Assembly (NCBI GenBank): GCA_963803805.1
Contig: CAWDOD010000007.1
Coordinates: forward strand, 1 to 64,000
Direction: 5' to 3'
DNA: 64,000 nt
From: an uncultured cyanobacterium
GTDB lineage: Bacteria > Cyanobacteriota > Cyanobacteriia > Cyanobacteriales > CAWCAG01
The position numbers were made by a program, and so were the translations under genes. Positions 23,101-33,058 of the stretch are shown piece after piece (position 1 is the first letter of the stretch; every line of letters begins with the position of its first letter). The notes under the pieces are model-generated. The model ran no database searches and was not told where the DNA came from. It was given only the letters and a program-made list of their open reading frames with translations.

Positions 23101-24032
23101 TATCTCCTACCACCCTGCGGTTCCAAGTGCAAGACACAGGAGTAGGCATGAGTTCAGAACAACTAGAAAAAATCTTCCTCGCCTTTGAACAAGTGGGAGA
23201 ACATAACCAAAAGCAAGAGGGAACAGGTTTAGGGTTAGCAATTTCCCAAAAATTGGTGAGGATGATGGATACACAGATTAAAGTTAATAGTGAGTTAGGA
23301 CAAGGAAGTACATTTTGGTTTGAGGTATCCTTACCTGGTGGTTGGCAACAAAATAATCAAAGGTTCAACACGAGACAAAAGCACCCGGTTGGTTATCAAG
23401 GTAGAACTCGTAAAATTCTTATTATTGATGATCGCCCAGAAACCCTCGATATTATCAGCAATGTTTTGCAGCCCCTCAACTTTGTCATAGTCACTGCTGA
23501 AAATGGGCAACAGGGCTTAGAAACTGCCCTGCAAGAAACTCCTGATTTGATGATTAGCGATATTAAAATGCCTGTAATGGATGGTTGGGAAATGATTTCT
23601 CAACTCAGGGAGTATAAGCAATTTAAAAAATTACCGATTCTTGTCATATCCGCTAGTGCGATGCTCAGGGATTGTCATCAAACTCAAGAATACGGTGCCA
23701 CCGACTTTTTGCCTAAACCATTGGTAATAGAAGATTTGCTGGGTAAAATAGGAAATTACCTGGAATTAGAATGGCTCTACCAACAACAAGCAGCAAGGGC
23801 AATGGACTCCCCAGAAGTTGTCACTACAGCAATGGCGATTCCTCATGGGGAAATATTAGAAAAACTGGATAATTTGGCTAAAAGTGGGCTTTTGTTCGAT
23901 CTCACAGAAGAACTTAATTTAATTGTGGCTAGCAATGAACAATTCACTCCTTTCTGCCAAAAAATACAGAAATGGGTTGATAAGTTTGACAGCAAGAAGA
24001 TTCAGGCATTTCTAAGTTCCTATATTTCTTGA
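17106..24032 (+). CDS. Hybrid Ser/Thr kinase - AAA - GAF - PAS - GAF - histidine kinase - receiver
   Basis: 2308 aa. HKDIKPAN, GFSGIGKT, LDDLQWAD, PAS/PAC (HPED...DISDRK), H-box SHELRTPL and receiver (IIDD...[10 protein letters not shown]...FLPKP). Confidence 0.93.
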   Translation: MMSNTTFLPNYQITEQIYNGNRTVVYRGICADSQKPVIIKLLKKAYPTFAELVQFRNQYLITKNIQIEGIVQPIALESCGNGLALIMEDDGSISLSEELKSRADQRISLEEFLTIAIKLTKILEGLYHNRIIHKDIKPANILIHPQTKQVKLIDFRIATLLPKEQQEIQNPNVLEGTLAYISPEQTGRMNRGIDYRSDYYSLGVTFYQLLSGKLPYESDDVMELVHCHIAKTALPLGRSEEGGGSSKIPGVVEDIVMKLMAKNAEDRYQSALGLKYDLQKCWQQWQETGDIEPFELGERDIGDRFLVPEKLYGRETEVAQLLATFERVAVGKVEIALVAGFSGIGKTAVVNEVHKPIVRQRGYFIKGKFDQFNRNTPFSAFVQAFRDLMNQLLSESESQLAQWKTEILNALRENAQVIVEVLPELESIIGKQSPCAELSGSAAQNRFNLLFSKFIQIFTTAAHPLVLFLDDLQWADSASLSLMKLLVGETETGYLLVLGAYRNNEVSPTHPLMLTLDEIKKDQAVVNTITLAPLSKLGLNHLVADTLGCNLELASPLTQLVYQKTQGNPFFATQLLKSLHEGKWLYFNPKSGHWQCEMVSVGQLSLTEDVVEFMVTQLQKLPLLTQELLKLAACIGNQFDLETLGIISEQSPTETATNLWKALQEGLVLPTNEVYKFYQSEENAKVIANLEHRAANYKFLHDRVQQAAYSLIPEDQKQTTHYQIGRLFLAKISPEERGKRIFEIVNHLNLGLPLIKEVEEKTELANLNLAAACKAKAATAYPAAIIYLNTGIELLPADVWQHHYQLALDYHNLIAEVTFLNGNFLEMHQWIDIVQQQSRSLLDKVEVYKTLISAKIAQQKLLEAIEVGLQALSLLGVHLPIKPTDEDIQQALKKTNALIPATGISSLFSLPSITNPKILATVQITSTLAPAAYMVGSGVFLLIVLVEIRLSIKYGNSPMSAVAYGHYGIVLCGIINDIDAGYQFGRLALHSAEQGHGKTMKAKIAFIFGTLISPWKNHPQETLKLLQTCYQDALEAGSPEIAAFCRYHDAQSSYAIGQELFVLKNKLALYSQQIRQIKQKLHLNWNELLRQVVLNLQGASDNPCCLTGEAINEEHLLAQYQKTQNVLGLYSLHLHKLILCYLFNRDADALNHAQAATQYISGGTAQIIVPLLAFYSALIHLRVWSNLSETEQEHTLKKVIAEREKLQRWADHAPMNFQHKVDLVAAEEYRVLGNKIEAMEMYDHAIAGAKENAYIQDEALANELAAKFYLNWGKETIAEAYLTKAYYCYVRWGAKAKTDHLEQTYSQLLRPIFQQTVQVINPLETLANFAVTTVPASVQTNTTTNIDTALDFATLLKASQSLSGTIQINELLHQLSKIILQHSGGDRCALILPDREESWQVRTIATPENTELCADPIEGNSNLPVKLIQYVRNTQEVVVINNCQTDLPVIDEYLSQQQPKSVLCLPILNQSHLIGILYLKNRQTSGVFTQERILILNFLCTQAAISIENARLYQDLENYSQNLEQIVKERTTALQERETRLRLALSAANQGFFDMNIHTDEAIVSPEYALMLGYEPTTFQETVTDWRSRLHPEDQKRVSKAYQDYEAGKTPQYEVEFRQRSQQGEWKWILAVGKFIEWDANGNPTRLLGTHTDISDRKRAEIDLQNLIEGTAATIGQDFFPALVKYIAEALNVDYAVVTELANDNLHTLAFWGNNSLQQTFSYRPVNTPCALALQHGKFCCDQLIQEHFPGDIDLAAMEVESYLGIALGDTNGKSIGNLCILSKQPIQNPQRAEQILRVFAARAAAELERQRTQTSLEELNQALETKVVELQAAKEQADSANRAKSTFLANMSHELRTPLNGILGYTQILQQESILEGNQLKGIQTIHQCGSHLLDLINDILDLSKIEAQKMELQPREINFSIFLNTIVEMFRLKAQQKGIDFIYQELQQLPSVIYGDEKRLRQVIINLLGNAIKFTLRGKVTFSVEVLAQEGNNPRQLSPTTLRFQVQDTGVGMSSEQLEKIFLAFEQVGEHNQKQEGTGLGLAISQKLVRMMDTQIKVNSELGQGSTFWFEVSLPGGWQQNNQRFNTRQKHPVGYQGRTRKILIIDDRPETLDIISNVLQPLNFVIVTAENGQQGLETALQETPDLMISDIKMPVMDGWEMISQLREYKQFKKLPILVISASAMLRDCHQTQEYGATDFLPKPLVIEDLLGKIGNYLELEWLYQQQAARAMDSPEVVTTAMAIPHGEILEKLDNLAKSGLLFDLTEELNLIVASNEQFTPFCQKIQKWVDKFDSKKIQAFLSSYIS
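22592..24003 (+). repeat. ~1.4 kb direct repeat, copy 1 (copy 2 at 26251-27662)
   Basis: Constant offset of 3659 bp. HisKA-HATPase-receiver module; the last ~600 bp are nearly identical, with two short divergent patches. Confidence 0.92.
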
Positions 24033-24106
24033 TTCATAGTTGCAGAATAAAAAAAGTCTTTTAAAAAAGAGCCAATCCTCATTCAAAATCAACATATACT
24101 GACACC

Positions 24107-27100
24107 GTGCTAGATTTTACTACTATCCTCAAAGCCTCTCAAAGCCTTTCTAGGATTATTCAACTAGATGAATTACTGCACCAACTTACCAACATTATTT
24201 TGCAAAACTCTGGGGGCGATCGCTGCGCTTTGATACTCCCTGATAGTGAGGGAAATTGGCAAGTAAGAACTATTGCCACACCAGAAACCACAGAACTATG
24301 TTCAGATTTCCTCGAAGGTAATAGCAACCTACCTGTTAAGTTGATTCAGTATGTGAAAAATAGCCAAGAAGTTGTAGTAATTGATGATTGCCAAACGGAT
24401 TTGCCCGTTATTGATGAGTATATCAATCAGCAACAACCCAAAAGTGTCCTCTGTTTACCGATTCTCAATCAAGGACATTTAATTGGCATTCTGTATTTAA
24501 AAAATCGCCGGACTAGTGGTGTCTTTACCCAAGAGCGCATCCTCATCCTCAACTTCCTTTGCACCCAAGCTGCCATTTCCCTCGAAAACGCCCGACTCTA
24601 CAACCTTGAGAAATTAAAAACCCAGCAGTTAAGTCAGCTTAATCGCCGTCTCTCCTTCACTCAATTCTCCGTAGATAATTCTGCTGATGGCATCTTCTGG
24701 CTTCGTGACGATGCAAGTTTCTTTTATGCTAACAAAGCGGCTTGTGCCATGTTGGAATATTCCTTAGAGGAAATAAAGACATTTTCTGTATTTGATATTA
24801 ACCCTGATTTTCCCCGTGAAAAATGGCCAGAACATTGGCAAGCTGTTAAAAAACAAGGAAGTTTGAGCCTGGAGACTCGTCATCGAGCCAAAAGCGGACT
24901 TATTTATCCTGTGGAAATTACTGTCAATTACTTGGAATTTGAGGGACAAGAATATAATTTTTCGCGGGTACGAGATATTAGTGAACGCAAACAAATAGAA
25001 GCTGATCTGCAACTAACTGAAGCTAGGGCAACAGCAGCTTTTGAACAAGCTACTGTTGGCTTTGCTGAGACAGATATCCAAACTCAAAAGTTTACTCGTG
25101 TCAATACGCTCTTTTGCCAAATGCTTGGCTATACAAGAGAAGAATTAGTAGAGATGACTTTTATTGATATAACCCATCCCGAAGATGGTGCTGCTTCCTG
25201 CCAAGCTATAGAGCAACTCTATTCGGGTAAAGTTGATAGCTTTGCCTTGGAAAAACGGTATGTACGTAAAGATGGAACTTTCTTTTGGGGGGAAGTAACT
25301 GTCTACCTAGTCAAATTACAGGGAGAAAAAGCTATCTACAGCTTAGGGCTAATTCAAGATATCAGCGAGCGCAAACGGTTAGAAGAAGAACAGAAAAAAC
25401 TCAATACCATCTTAGAAGCTAGTTCAGACTACATTGGTATTGCTAATTCTCAAGGAAAAATTCTTTGGTTCAATACTACTTTCAAACAACTGTTCCCAGA
25501 ACTAAATGAACAGGAACTTTACCAGCGCCATATCACCAATTTTCATCCTCAGTGGGCTAATGAAATAATTTTCAACCAGGGATTTCCCACAGCAGTTCAG
25601 CATGGTACTTGGTTAGGGGAAGCAGCAGTTCTAGACTCCGCAGGAAGGGAGATACCCGTTTCCCTATTGCTGATTGCCCACAAATTTCCTCAAGGAGAAG
25701 TGGAATATTTTTCTACCATTATGCGAAATATCAGCGATCGCAAACAGGCTGAGGAGGCACTGAAGCAAAATCAGATTCACTTAGAGGCCTTGTTAAATAA
25801 CATCCCTCAAATGATCTGGCTAAAAGATGCTGAGAGTCGTTTTATCGCCATTAATACGCCCTTTGCAAAGGCTTGCGGTTGTCCAGTATCTGAGATTTTT
25901 GGTAAAACAGATTATGATGTTTGGCCCTCAGAAATGGCTCAGGGATTTCGCGATGATGATTTTCAAGTTCTTGCATCAGGACAGCGTAAGGTGGTGGAAG
26001 AACAGTTCCTCGAACCGAATGGAGAAGTAGGATGGCTAGAAACAACCAAAACCCCCTTTAAAAATGCCCAGGGTGAATTTGCCGGAACTGTTGGCATTGC
26101 TGCGGATATTAGCGATCGCAAAAAGGCGGAATTAGAGCGGGAACAATATTTAACTCAACTAGCTCAACTCAACAAAGAATTAGAACAAGCTAACCAGCAA
26201 CTAGCAGACTATTCCCAAACTCTCGAAGCTAGAGTTGCCAAACGCACTGCGGAACTACAAGCAGCCAAAGAACAAGCAGATAGTGCTAATCGGGCTAAAA
26301 GTACTTTTCTGGCCAACATGAGTCATGAACTACGTACACCTCTCAACGGCATCCTTGGTTATACTCAAATATTGCAGCAGGAAAGTACCTTAGAAAGTAA
26401 GCAACTTAAAGGCATTAAAACCATCCATCAATGTGGCAGCCATCTTCTTGACTTGATCAACGATATCCTTGACTTGAGTAAAATCGAAGCCCAAAAAATG
26501 GAGTTACAGCCCAGGGAAATAAATTTCTCCATTTTCTTAAACACCATAGTGGAAATGTTTTGCCTCAAAGCCCAACAAAAAGGAATTGATTTTATCTATC
26601 AAGAATTACAGCAAATTCCTAGTGTTATCTATGGTGACGAAAAGCGGCTACGTCAGATACTCATCAATCTCCTTGGCAATGCTATCAAATTCACTTCGCG
26701 GGGAAAGGTGATATTTTCTGTAGAAGTTCTAACCCAAGCAAGAGAAAACCTTACAGAATTAGCCCCTACCACTCTGCGGTTCCAAGTGCAAGACACAGGA
26801 GTAGGCATGAGTTCAGAACAACTAGAAAAAATTTTCCTCGCCTTTGAACAAGTGGGAGAAAATAGCCAAAAGCAAGAGGGAACAGGTTTAGGGTTAGCAA
26901 TTTCCCAAAAATTGGTGAGGATGATGGATACGCAGATTAAAGTTAATAGTGAGTTAGGACAAGGAAGTACATTTTGGTTTGAGGTATCCTTACCTGGTGG
27001 TTGGCTACAGGAGAAACAACGAATAGAAATTAAACAGAGAGTAATTACGGGGTATGAAGGTAGAACTCGTAAAATTCTCATCATTGATGATCGCCCAGAA

Positions 27101-27691
27101 ACCCTCGATATTATCAGCAATGTTTTGAAGCCCCTCAACTTTGTCATAGTCACTGCTGAAAATGGGCAACAGGGCTTAGAAACTGCCCTGCAAGAAACTC
27201 CTGATTTGATGATTAGCGATATTAAAATGCCTGTAATGGATGGTTGGGAAATGATTTCTCAACTCAGGGAGTATAAGCAATTTAAAAAATTACCGATTCT
27301 TGTCATATCCGCTAGTGCGATGCTCAGGGATTGTCATCAAACTCAAGAATACGGTGCCACCGACTTTTTGCCTAAACCATTGGTAATAGAAGATTTGCTG
27401 GGTAAAATAGGAAATTACCTGGAATTAGAATGGCTCTACCAACAACAAGCAGCAAGGGCAATGGACTCCCCAGAAGTTGTCACTACAGCAATGGCGATTC
27501 CTCATGGGGAAATATTAGAAAAACTGGATAATTTGGCTAAAAGTGGGCTTTTGTTCGATTTCACAGAAGAACTTAATTTAATTGTGGCTAGCAATGAACA
27601 ATTCACTCCTTTCTGCCAAAAAATACAGAAATGGATTGATAAGTTTGACAGCAAGAAGATTCGGACATTTCTACATTCACAGCTTCCTTAG
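24107..27691 (+). CDS. GAF - 4xPAS - hybrid histidine kinase - receiver
   Basis: Starts (GTG) at a GAF domain homologous to 21150-21640. Four PAS/PAC units end in DISER/DISDRK-type motifs. SHELRTPL H-box and receiver domain. Confidence 0.9.
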   Translation: MLDFTTILKASQSLSRIIQLDELLHQLTNIILQNSGGDRCALILPDSEGNWQVRTIATPETTELCSDFLEGNSNLPVKLIQYVKNSQEVVVIDDCQTDLPVIDEYINQQQPKSVLCLPILNQGHLIGILYLKNRRTSGVFTQERILILNFLCTQAAISLENARLYNLEKLKTQQLSQLNRRLSFTQFSVDNSADGIFWLRDDASFFYANKAACAMLEYSLEEIKTFSVFDINPDFPREKWPEHWQAVKKQGSLSLETRHRAKSGLIYPVEITVNYLEFEGQEYNFSRVRDISERKQIEADLQLTEARATAAFEQATVGFAETDIQTQKFTRVNTLFCQMLGYTREELVEMTFIDITHPEDGAASCQAIEQLYSGKVDSFALEKRYVRKDGTFFWGEVTVYLVKLQGEKAIYSLGLIQDISERKRLEEEQKKLNTILEASSDYIGIANSQGKILWFNTTFKQLFPELNEQELYQRHITNFHPQWANEIIFNQGFPTAVQHGTWLGEAAVLDSAGREIPVSLLLIAHKFPQGEVEYFSTIMRNISDRKQAEEALKQNQIHLEALLNNIPQMIWLKDAESRFIAINTPFAKACGCPVSEIFGKTDYDVWPSEMAQGFRDDDFQVLASGQRKVVEEQFLEPNGEVGWLETTKTPFKNAQGEFAGTVGIAADISDRKKAELEREQYLTQLAQLNKELEQANQQLADYSQTLEARVAKRTAELQAAKEQADSANRAKSTFLANMSHELRTPLNGILGYTQILQQESTLESKQLKGIKTIHQCGSHLLDLINDILDLSKIEAQKMELQPREINFSIFLNTIVEMFCLKAQQKGIDFIYQELQQIPSVIYGDEKRLRQILINLLGNAIKFTSRGKVIFSVEVLTQARENLTELAPTTLRFQVQDTGVGMSSEQLEKIFLAFEQVGENSQKQEGTGLGLAISQKLVRMMDTQIKVNSELGQGSTFWFEVSLPGGWLQEKQRIEIKQRVITGYEGRTRKILIIDDRPETLDIISNVLKPLNFVIVTAENGQQGLETALQETPDLMISDIKMPVMDGWEMISQLREYKQFKKLPILVISASAMLRDCHQTQEYGATDFLPKPLVIEDLLGKIGNYLELEWLYQQQAARAMDSPEVVTTAMAIPHGEILEKLDNLAKSGLLFDFTEELNLIVASNEQFTPFCQKIQKWIDKFDSKKIRTFLHSQLP
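26251..27662 (+). repeat. ~1.4 kb direct repeat, copy 2
   Basis: Matches 22592-24003. Confidence 0.92.
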
Positions 27692-27813
27692 TTGTGTTAA
27701 AGATACCCTAGGGAACTCTAAAAGTGGAAATTGAGCCAGGAAAGGAGCTAAGCTAGGACGAATTTGAACTGAATTTTCTCAAATTAGCTAAATCTGCGTC
27801 AATTCTTTCTCTG

Positions 27814-27842
27814 TTCCTTATTCCTTATTCCCTATTCCCTAT
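27814..27842. repeat. Short tandem heptamer repeat (TTCCYTA)n, STRR-like
   Basis: Direct reading. Similar heptamer runs occur at ~4490 (GCAACTA), 29447 (GGTAATA), 43988 (AAGTRAT), 44784 (TAGCAAC) and 55699 (TAGCYAT). Confidence 0.8.
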
Positions 27843-27853
27843 CTTTTGAATTC

Positions 27854-29443
27854 ATGAAAGACTTATTTGCCCGTGAAGCGATCGCTCAAATCCCTAAAAT
27901 TCTTACCTTAATGGATTGCAACTGCCACAGCCCTACCTATGGTTGCTTTGATTGCAATTTTTGGCAATATAAAATTATTGATTTTCCTAGTGGGATGTCT
28001 CAGGAGTTTGTTTGTGCCCCTCGCTTTAGCTTACCAAACTCATGTAGAAAATAATCCTTTTTTCCAAGAAAAGGCCATTCCAATCTGGGTAGAAGCAGGT
28101 ATTCTTTACGCTGCTAAAAGCAGCCACGCCGATGGTTCTTGTGATGACTATTTTCCTTTTGAAAGGGCTGGCGGGGCGGCAGCTTTTTCTTTGTTAGCTT
28201 GCCTAGAAAGCTATCAATTATTAGGATTAAAAAATGAGCAAGCTTTACAGTTTTTTGAACTTCGGGCTGATTGGTTAGCCCATCATCATGAAAGTGGTAG
28301 ATTAACTAATCACCAAGCTTTAATTGTTTTATGTTTAGAGTTGCTTTCTCCTGTTTTAAATACTACTAAATGGGATCGGGCAAAGTAGAGCGTTTAGAGA
28401 AGGTTTTATCTTGGCAAAATCCTGAAGGTTGGTTCCAAGAATATGAAGGTTGTGATCCTGGCTATCATACTTTAACTATTTCTTGTTTAGCCAGAATTCA
28501 CCAGCTACGCCCCGATCCTCGCTTGAAAGAAGCTTTAGTTAAAGCAGTTGATTTAGCGGCTCAATTTATCCATCCTGATGGTTCCTATGGAGGAGAATAT
28601 ACTAGTCGTAACACCTATAATTTCTTCCCCCATGGTTTTGAATTGGTGGGTAAATGGTATCGGTCAGCTTTAACTATTAATGATCAGTTTTTACAAGGTT
28701 TAGCTCAGGGTTTAGCTCCTTGTTATGCAGATGATCATATTATTGGTCATCATACTTGGAATTATCTCTTAGCTTGGCAAGACTTTGTTTCTGAACGCCC
28801 AGCAATTAAACCAAGAAGTGAAGGGAGAATTTGGTATCCTAATGCCAAAATTTTAATCGATTGCCGTCGGGGTACAGAACTTTATTTAGCCTTGAATAAA
28901 GGAGGAGTATTTAAGTTTTTTCGTAATGGTAAATTAGTTACTTCAGATACTCAATTTTCTCTCTTAGTTAATCAAGGTAGTAAGTTGAAAAATGCTGTTG
29001 CTCATTTGGTAGGCTCCTATGACATAAAAATTGAACCTGATGATATTTCTATTCAAGGAGATTTAGGTTGGGCAAAACAAAAGCAAATGACTCCCCTTAA
29101 TTTAATGATTTTGCGGGTAGTGATGTTAACCGTTGGGCGTTTCTTTCCTAATTTAATTCGTAAACTTTTACAAAAAGTGCTGATTACCGGTAAAAAAAGC
29201 GCTCCTTACCATTTTTCTCGGAAATTACGCTGGCAAGATAGTTATTGGCAGGTTATAGATGAACTTAGTGGAGAATCTTGGGATGATTTAGAAAGTGTAG
29301 CCATTGGTGGTGATCAAACTTCTATTTATGTGGTTATGAGTCGTACTTATCAACAAGGACAACTTCAACCTTGGCAAGATTTTACCAAGGAAGTGAAACA
29401 ACTTTCTGTTGGACAAAAGTTAAAAGTTGAGCGCAATATTTGA
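27854..29443 (+). pseudogene. Frameshifted conserved hypothetical gene (possibly a glycan-related enzyme), split into three ORFs
   Basis: ORFs 27854-28054, 27939-28388 and 28370-29443 join into one plausible protein with a +1 shift near 28014 (GTT TGT GCC CCT vs GTT TGG CCC CTC) and a -1 shift near 28384 (GCA AAG TAG vs GCA AAA GTA GAG). Confidence 0.75.
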
Positions 29444-29468
29444 TCAGGTAATAGGTAATAGGTAATGG

Positions 29469-30446
29469 GTGATTATGAATAAGAAGAGATTTATTTCTAT
29501 AGTTGTTAGCGTGGCTATTTTGTGTATTATTTACTCAAAAATAGACTTGCCTCGCCTAATTGAAGTTTTCCAAAACTGTGACCCGGTTTGGATGGTTATT
29601 AGTTTAGGAATGGTTATTCCTTTAACCTTATTTACCTCTTGGCGTTTGCAACAATTAATGCCTGCGGGAAAAGGATTAGGGTTTCTAGAAGCTAATCGCT
29701 TAATTTTGGCAGCTAGTGTCCTTAACATGGTGCTTCCTTCTAAAATGGGAGATATTGCTAAAGCTTATTTTATGAAAGATAGAGGTCACTTAGAGGGAAG
29801 TTTAGCTTTATCTTTGGTAATTTTTGAGAAAGCTTGTGATATGCTTTCTCTGTTATTGTGGTGTGTATTTGGTTTACTATTTTATGCGAACAAAGATACT
29901 TTATTTTGGTTAATGACTTGTGGGGTTGCTTTTGGTTTAGTTCTAGGAGTTATGCTCCTATCTTCTCAGAAATTTGCTCAATTATTCTTTATTTTAGCAA
30001 TTAAGATAGCTCCCAAAAAAATCAAGCCCAAGCTAGAAAAAATGCAAGCATCATGGGTAGAAATGCACGACTATTTCTGGCGCGACAAAGTTCAACTAAC
30101 TAAAATAACTGTTACTTCTATTTTTATTTGGTTCCTGCATCTGTTGCAGATTTATTTCTTTACCTTAGCAATTCGCGCTGAGGTTCCTTTTCTTGTTAAT
30201 CTCGCCCTCTCCCCTCTCTCAATTCTAGCCGGATTATTACCCTTAACTTTCGCTGGTGTCGGAACCCGTGATGCGGCGATTATTTTATTTTATCAACCCT
30301 ATATGAGCGAAGCAAAAGGTGCTGCATTAGGCTTACTTTGCACTTCTCGCTACTTCTTACCTGCAATCGGCGGTTTACCTTTCTTAGGACAGTTTTTAGC
30401 TACGGTGAAAAAGGTGAAAAAAGAGGAAGTGATAAGTAATGGCTAA
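29469..30446 (+). CDS. Lysylphosphatidylglycerol synthase TM-domain / flippase-like membrane protein (UPF0104)
   Basis: Multi-TM protein with LPSKMGDIAK, EKACD and PLTFAGVGTRD motifs. Confidence 0.8.
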   Translation: MIMNKKRFISIVVSVAILCIIYSKIDLPRLIEVFQNCDPVWMVISLGMVIPLTLFTSWRLQQLMPAGKGLGFLEANRLILAASVLNMVLPSKMGDIAKAYFMKDRGHLEGSLALSLVIFEKACDMLSLLLWCVFGLLFYANKDTLFWLMTCGVAFGLVLGVMLLSSQKFAQLFFILAIKIAPKKIKPKLEKMQASWVEMHDYFWRDKVQLTKITVTSIFIWFLHLLQIYFFTLAIRAEVPFLVNLALSPLSILAGLLPLTFAGVGTRDAAIILFYQPYMSEAKGAALGLLCTSRYFLPAIGGLPFLGQFLATVKKVKKEEVISNG

Positions 30447-30563
30447 TTGCTGGTTGCTATTTGCTAGTCGCTAAAATCTTAGACTATAAGAGGAAGTTCA
30501 AGACTTTGTAAAACTTCATTAACGAAGCTAGCAGTCAACAAATCTAAGCAATGGCATAAACCC

Positions 30564-32459
30564 TTAATTTTCTGGGGTATAGGTAGTAGCTAGAGAGCCA
30601 TCAGGTTTGTAGACTTCTACGCGAGTTTTAGATTCCTCGCTAATAGTTTCTAAAGCCTGTCCGAGGGTGAAGACATGATTACGCAAGTTAACTTCTGCTT
30701 GATAATCTTCTTTTGACTGAATCTTTTCGTTGTTTTGATTAATCTTGCTTAAGTAAGCAGGGGTAAGGCGCACCTTAACGACATTCTTATTAAGAGTATA
30801 AAAACAAACTCTGGGGTTCCCGGCACAGGTTTTTTCTAAATCTCCCCGCGCTTGTTCTACCCTCATCGCTGTAAGGAGTTGCTTTTCTGCATCCTCTAAA
30901 GATTTACTATAACTCTTAATTAAAGGTTGAGCTTGATAGTAGTAAAATGTGTCTTCAGGGACTTGCTTGACATAATTTAAAGCACTACGCCAGTTATAGG
31001 ATGCCCTTGACCATTGGTCAATATTTTCTGCACTTTTAGCTAATTCAGCAAGACGCATTCCCTGTTTATAAGCATTAGCAGCAACTTGCTCTTTCATTTT
31101 ATAATCCCTAGCTTGGGCTAATCTTGGTAAGAAGGCTCTAAGCTTTTCTTGGGCTGGTTCATAGGATGTTGTATGCTTGGGGATTTCTTTAAGCTTATTA
31201 ACTGCTGTTTGCCAGGTGGCTTGGGCAAGCTGCCAATTTTCCAATGATTGAGAAATACCGTGACGGGCTTCGGCCGTTCTACCTGCTTCTTCTGCTACTC
31301 TAAGATCAACTTTAGCTTTTTTCTCTTCGCTTAAGCGCTGGTTAATGGTTTGTAGGTTGGTTTCATAAAGAGGGATTTTGCTTTGGGCTAACTCGTAAAA
31401 AGCACTTTGGGGAGGAATTTGTTTTAAAGAGGCGATCGCTTCTTCCCATAGTCGTTGGGCTTCTTGCCACTGAGCTTCTTGTAAAGGAGTATTTTGACTT
31501 TGGTAGGCTGCTTTAGCTGCGATTTGCAAAGCGTTTACCACCTCTTCTAAGCCTACTGAAACTTCTTGGTAAGCTTGAAGATAATTTTGAGCTTCACCTC
31601 GATATTTAGACCAAAAAGGGATGGATTGGAGTAATTCAATGGCCTTATCTAACTGTTGTTGGGCTTCAAGAATTGCTTTTCCTGATGGGGGTGCTTGTAA
31701 GGTGTTAGCAGACTCGTTGGCTAATTCTTGTGCTGCCCCGATTTCTGGGCATTCTCCTAGTACACAAGGGCGAGTGAGAACATAGACACTGGCGAAGAAT
31801 ACCGTTAAGCTAATACCTGCTCCAGTTAAGATAAGCGGTAGCCAAGATTTTGATTTGCCTTCAATTTCTTCCTCTTCTTCCTCTTCGACTTCCTCCTGTT
31901 CAGGTAAGTCTGCAAAGACATTAAAGTTTTCTTCTGGCTTTTCTCCTACCAAAAGAGATAAAGATTCCTGGGTTGCTTGGGTTTCTTCTTCTTGAGGTTG
32001 AGGGGAAATACCTTCAACCCCATCTTCCGGGAAAGCTTCTTCTACATCTTCATCCGTTGAGGCGATCGCTTCAAATTCAGATAAATCTTCTGGATAGTCT
32101 TGCTCTTGCTCTCCCATAAATTCCTGTGAGGGAATTTCTTCTGTAGCAGATGTAGCAGTTTCTAGCTCGAAAATGTGAAAAGCATAGGGCTGTTTTTGTC
32201 CTAGCACCCTCATATAGATAAGTACTCGACTACTACCTAAACAGTTCTGTTCTCGGACAGTTTGTTCTAAAACACTAAAAGTACGCTTTTGATAGGGCAT
32301 CACTGATTCGGGATGCTCTACCAAAACAATTAAAGTTCCATCCTTAAGCAGACAGCGTACCTGGAGAGGGGCAAGCTGTAAGGGTTCTGAATGTAGACGC
32401 TTCTGTAATAGAGCTTCTAAATCTTCTAATTTAATTGGCTTGAGCGCTGTTTCTACCAT
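30564..32459 (-). CDS. Cyanobacterial membrane-anchored hypothetical protein (acidic linker, single TM, helical repeats)
   Basis: 631 aa. E-rich linker, TM near aa 207-229, then repeated W..AI..L..IP helical units. Confidence 0.75.
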   Translation of the reverse strand: MVETALKPIKLEDLEALLQKRLHSEPLQLAPLQVRCLLKDGTLIVLVEHPESVMPYQKRTFSVLEQTVREQNCLGSSRVLIYMRVLGQKQPYAFHIFELETATSATEEIPSQEFMGEQEQDYPEDLSEFEAIASTDEDVEEAFPEDGVEGISPQPQEEETQATQESLSLLVGEKPEENFNVFADLPEQEEVEEEEEEEIEGKSKSWLPLILTGAGISLTVFFASVYVLTRPCVLGECPEIGAAQELANESANTLQAPPSGKAILEAQQQLDKAIELLQSIPFWSKYRGEAQNYLQAYQEVSVGLEEVVNALQIAAKAAYQSQNTPLQEAQWQEAQRLWEEAIASLKQIPPQSAFYELAQSKIPLYETNLQTINQRLSEEKKAKVDLRVAEEAGRTAEARHGISQSLENWQLAQATWQTAVNKLKEIPKHTTSYEPAQEKLRAFLPRLAQARDYKMKEQVAANAYKQGMRLAELAKSAENIDQWSRASYNWRSALNYVKQVPEDTFYYYQAQPLIKSYSKSLEDAEKQLLTAMRVEQARGDLEKTCAGNPRVCFYTLNKNVVKVRLTPAYLSKINQNNEKIQSKEDYQAEVNLRNHVFTLGQALETISEESKTRVEVYKPDGSLATTYTPEN

Positions 32460-33058
32460 AACAACAGCAAGTATAAAGTGTATAGAGTTAGTATATTGAT
32501 CCTTGTTTAGGAAGTATAGTTGTTAATTGGGCTTTGCGAACAGGTCATTAGGATGAAGTTTGCTTAACTTGCTTAGAAAAACCAGGAAATTGTCAATTTA
32601 AAGCCAGAAATCAATTTTTCCGAGTATAATTTATTTGTTTGCTCTGTGTATCTCTACTTTAAACCTTACGAGTTGAAACTAAAAAAGCTAATATATTCAG
32701 GGGAATATCCGGGATTTCTTGGGGTGCGTTGATAAATTAATTGACAATATTCGTAACTTAATTGAGGCAATGAACCTAAAAACCAGGTTAAAAAACCGTG
32801 ATTGCTTAATCTTACTACCCCAAAAAGTACTTTTGTTATAAGCCTCAGCCATAAGTTGCGTGGCAATATGTTGCAGCTTAAGAACCTTTTTACTTCAATC
32901 ACTGAAAGCCTTGTATAGCAAGCATTTTCACTATCTCCGATCAGGTTTAATGTATTACACCCAATCTTTTATCCTTTAACCTTTCCCAAAATTAAACCAT
33001 AACCGTTTAAACGGATTTGATACAGATTCCTTGTTTGTAAGCGAAAGAGAACCTTGAA

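Noticed and set aside
6140-24032. DFS/DFR instead of DFG and missing Gly-rich loop as evidence of dead kinases
   Set aside because: DFS and the degenerate loop are, as I recall, usual in this cyanobacterial kinase family, and the catalytic Lys and HKDIKPxN are intact. The DFR in gene 3 alone is weak evidence.
9914-27662. Long repeats as the template/variable repeats of a diversity-generating retroelement
   Set aside because: The repeats are kilobase coding modules, the differences are not adenine-specific, and no reverse transcriptase is present.
32666-32902. 78-aa ORF in the divergent intergenic region
   Set aside because: No recognisable motifs and a non-ATG start. Likely spurious in promoter DNA.
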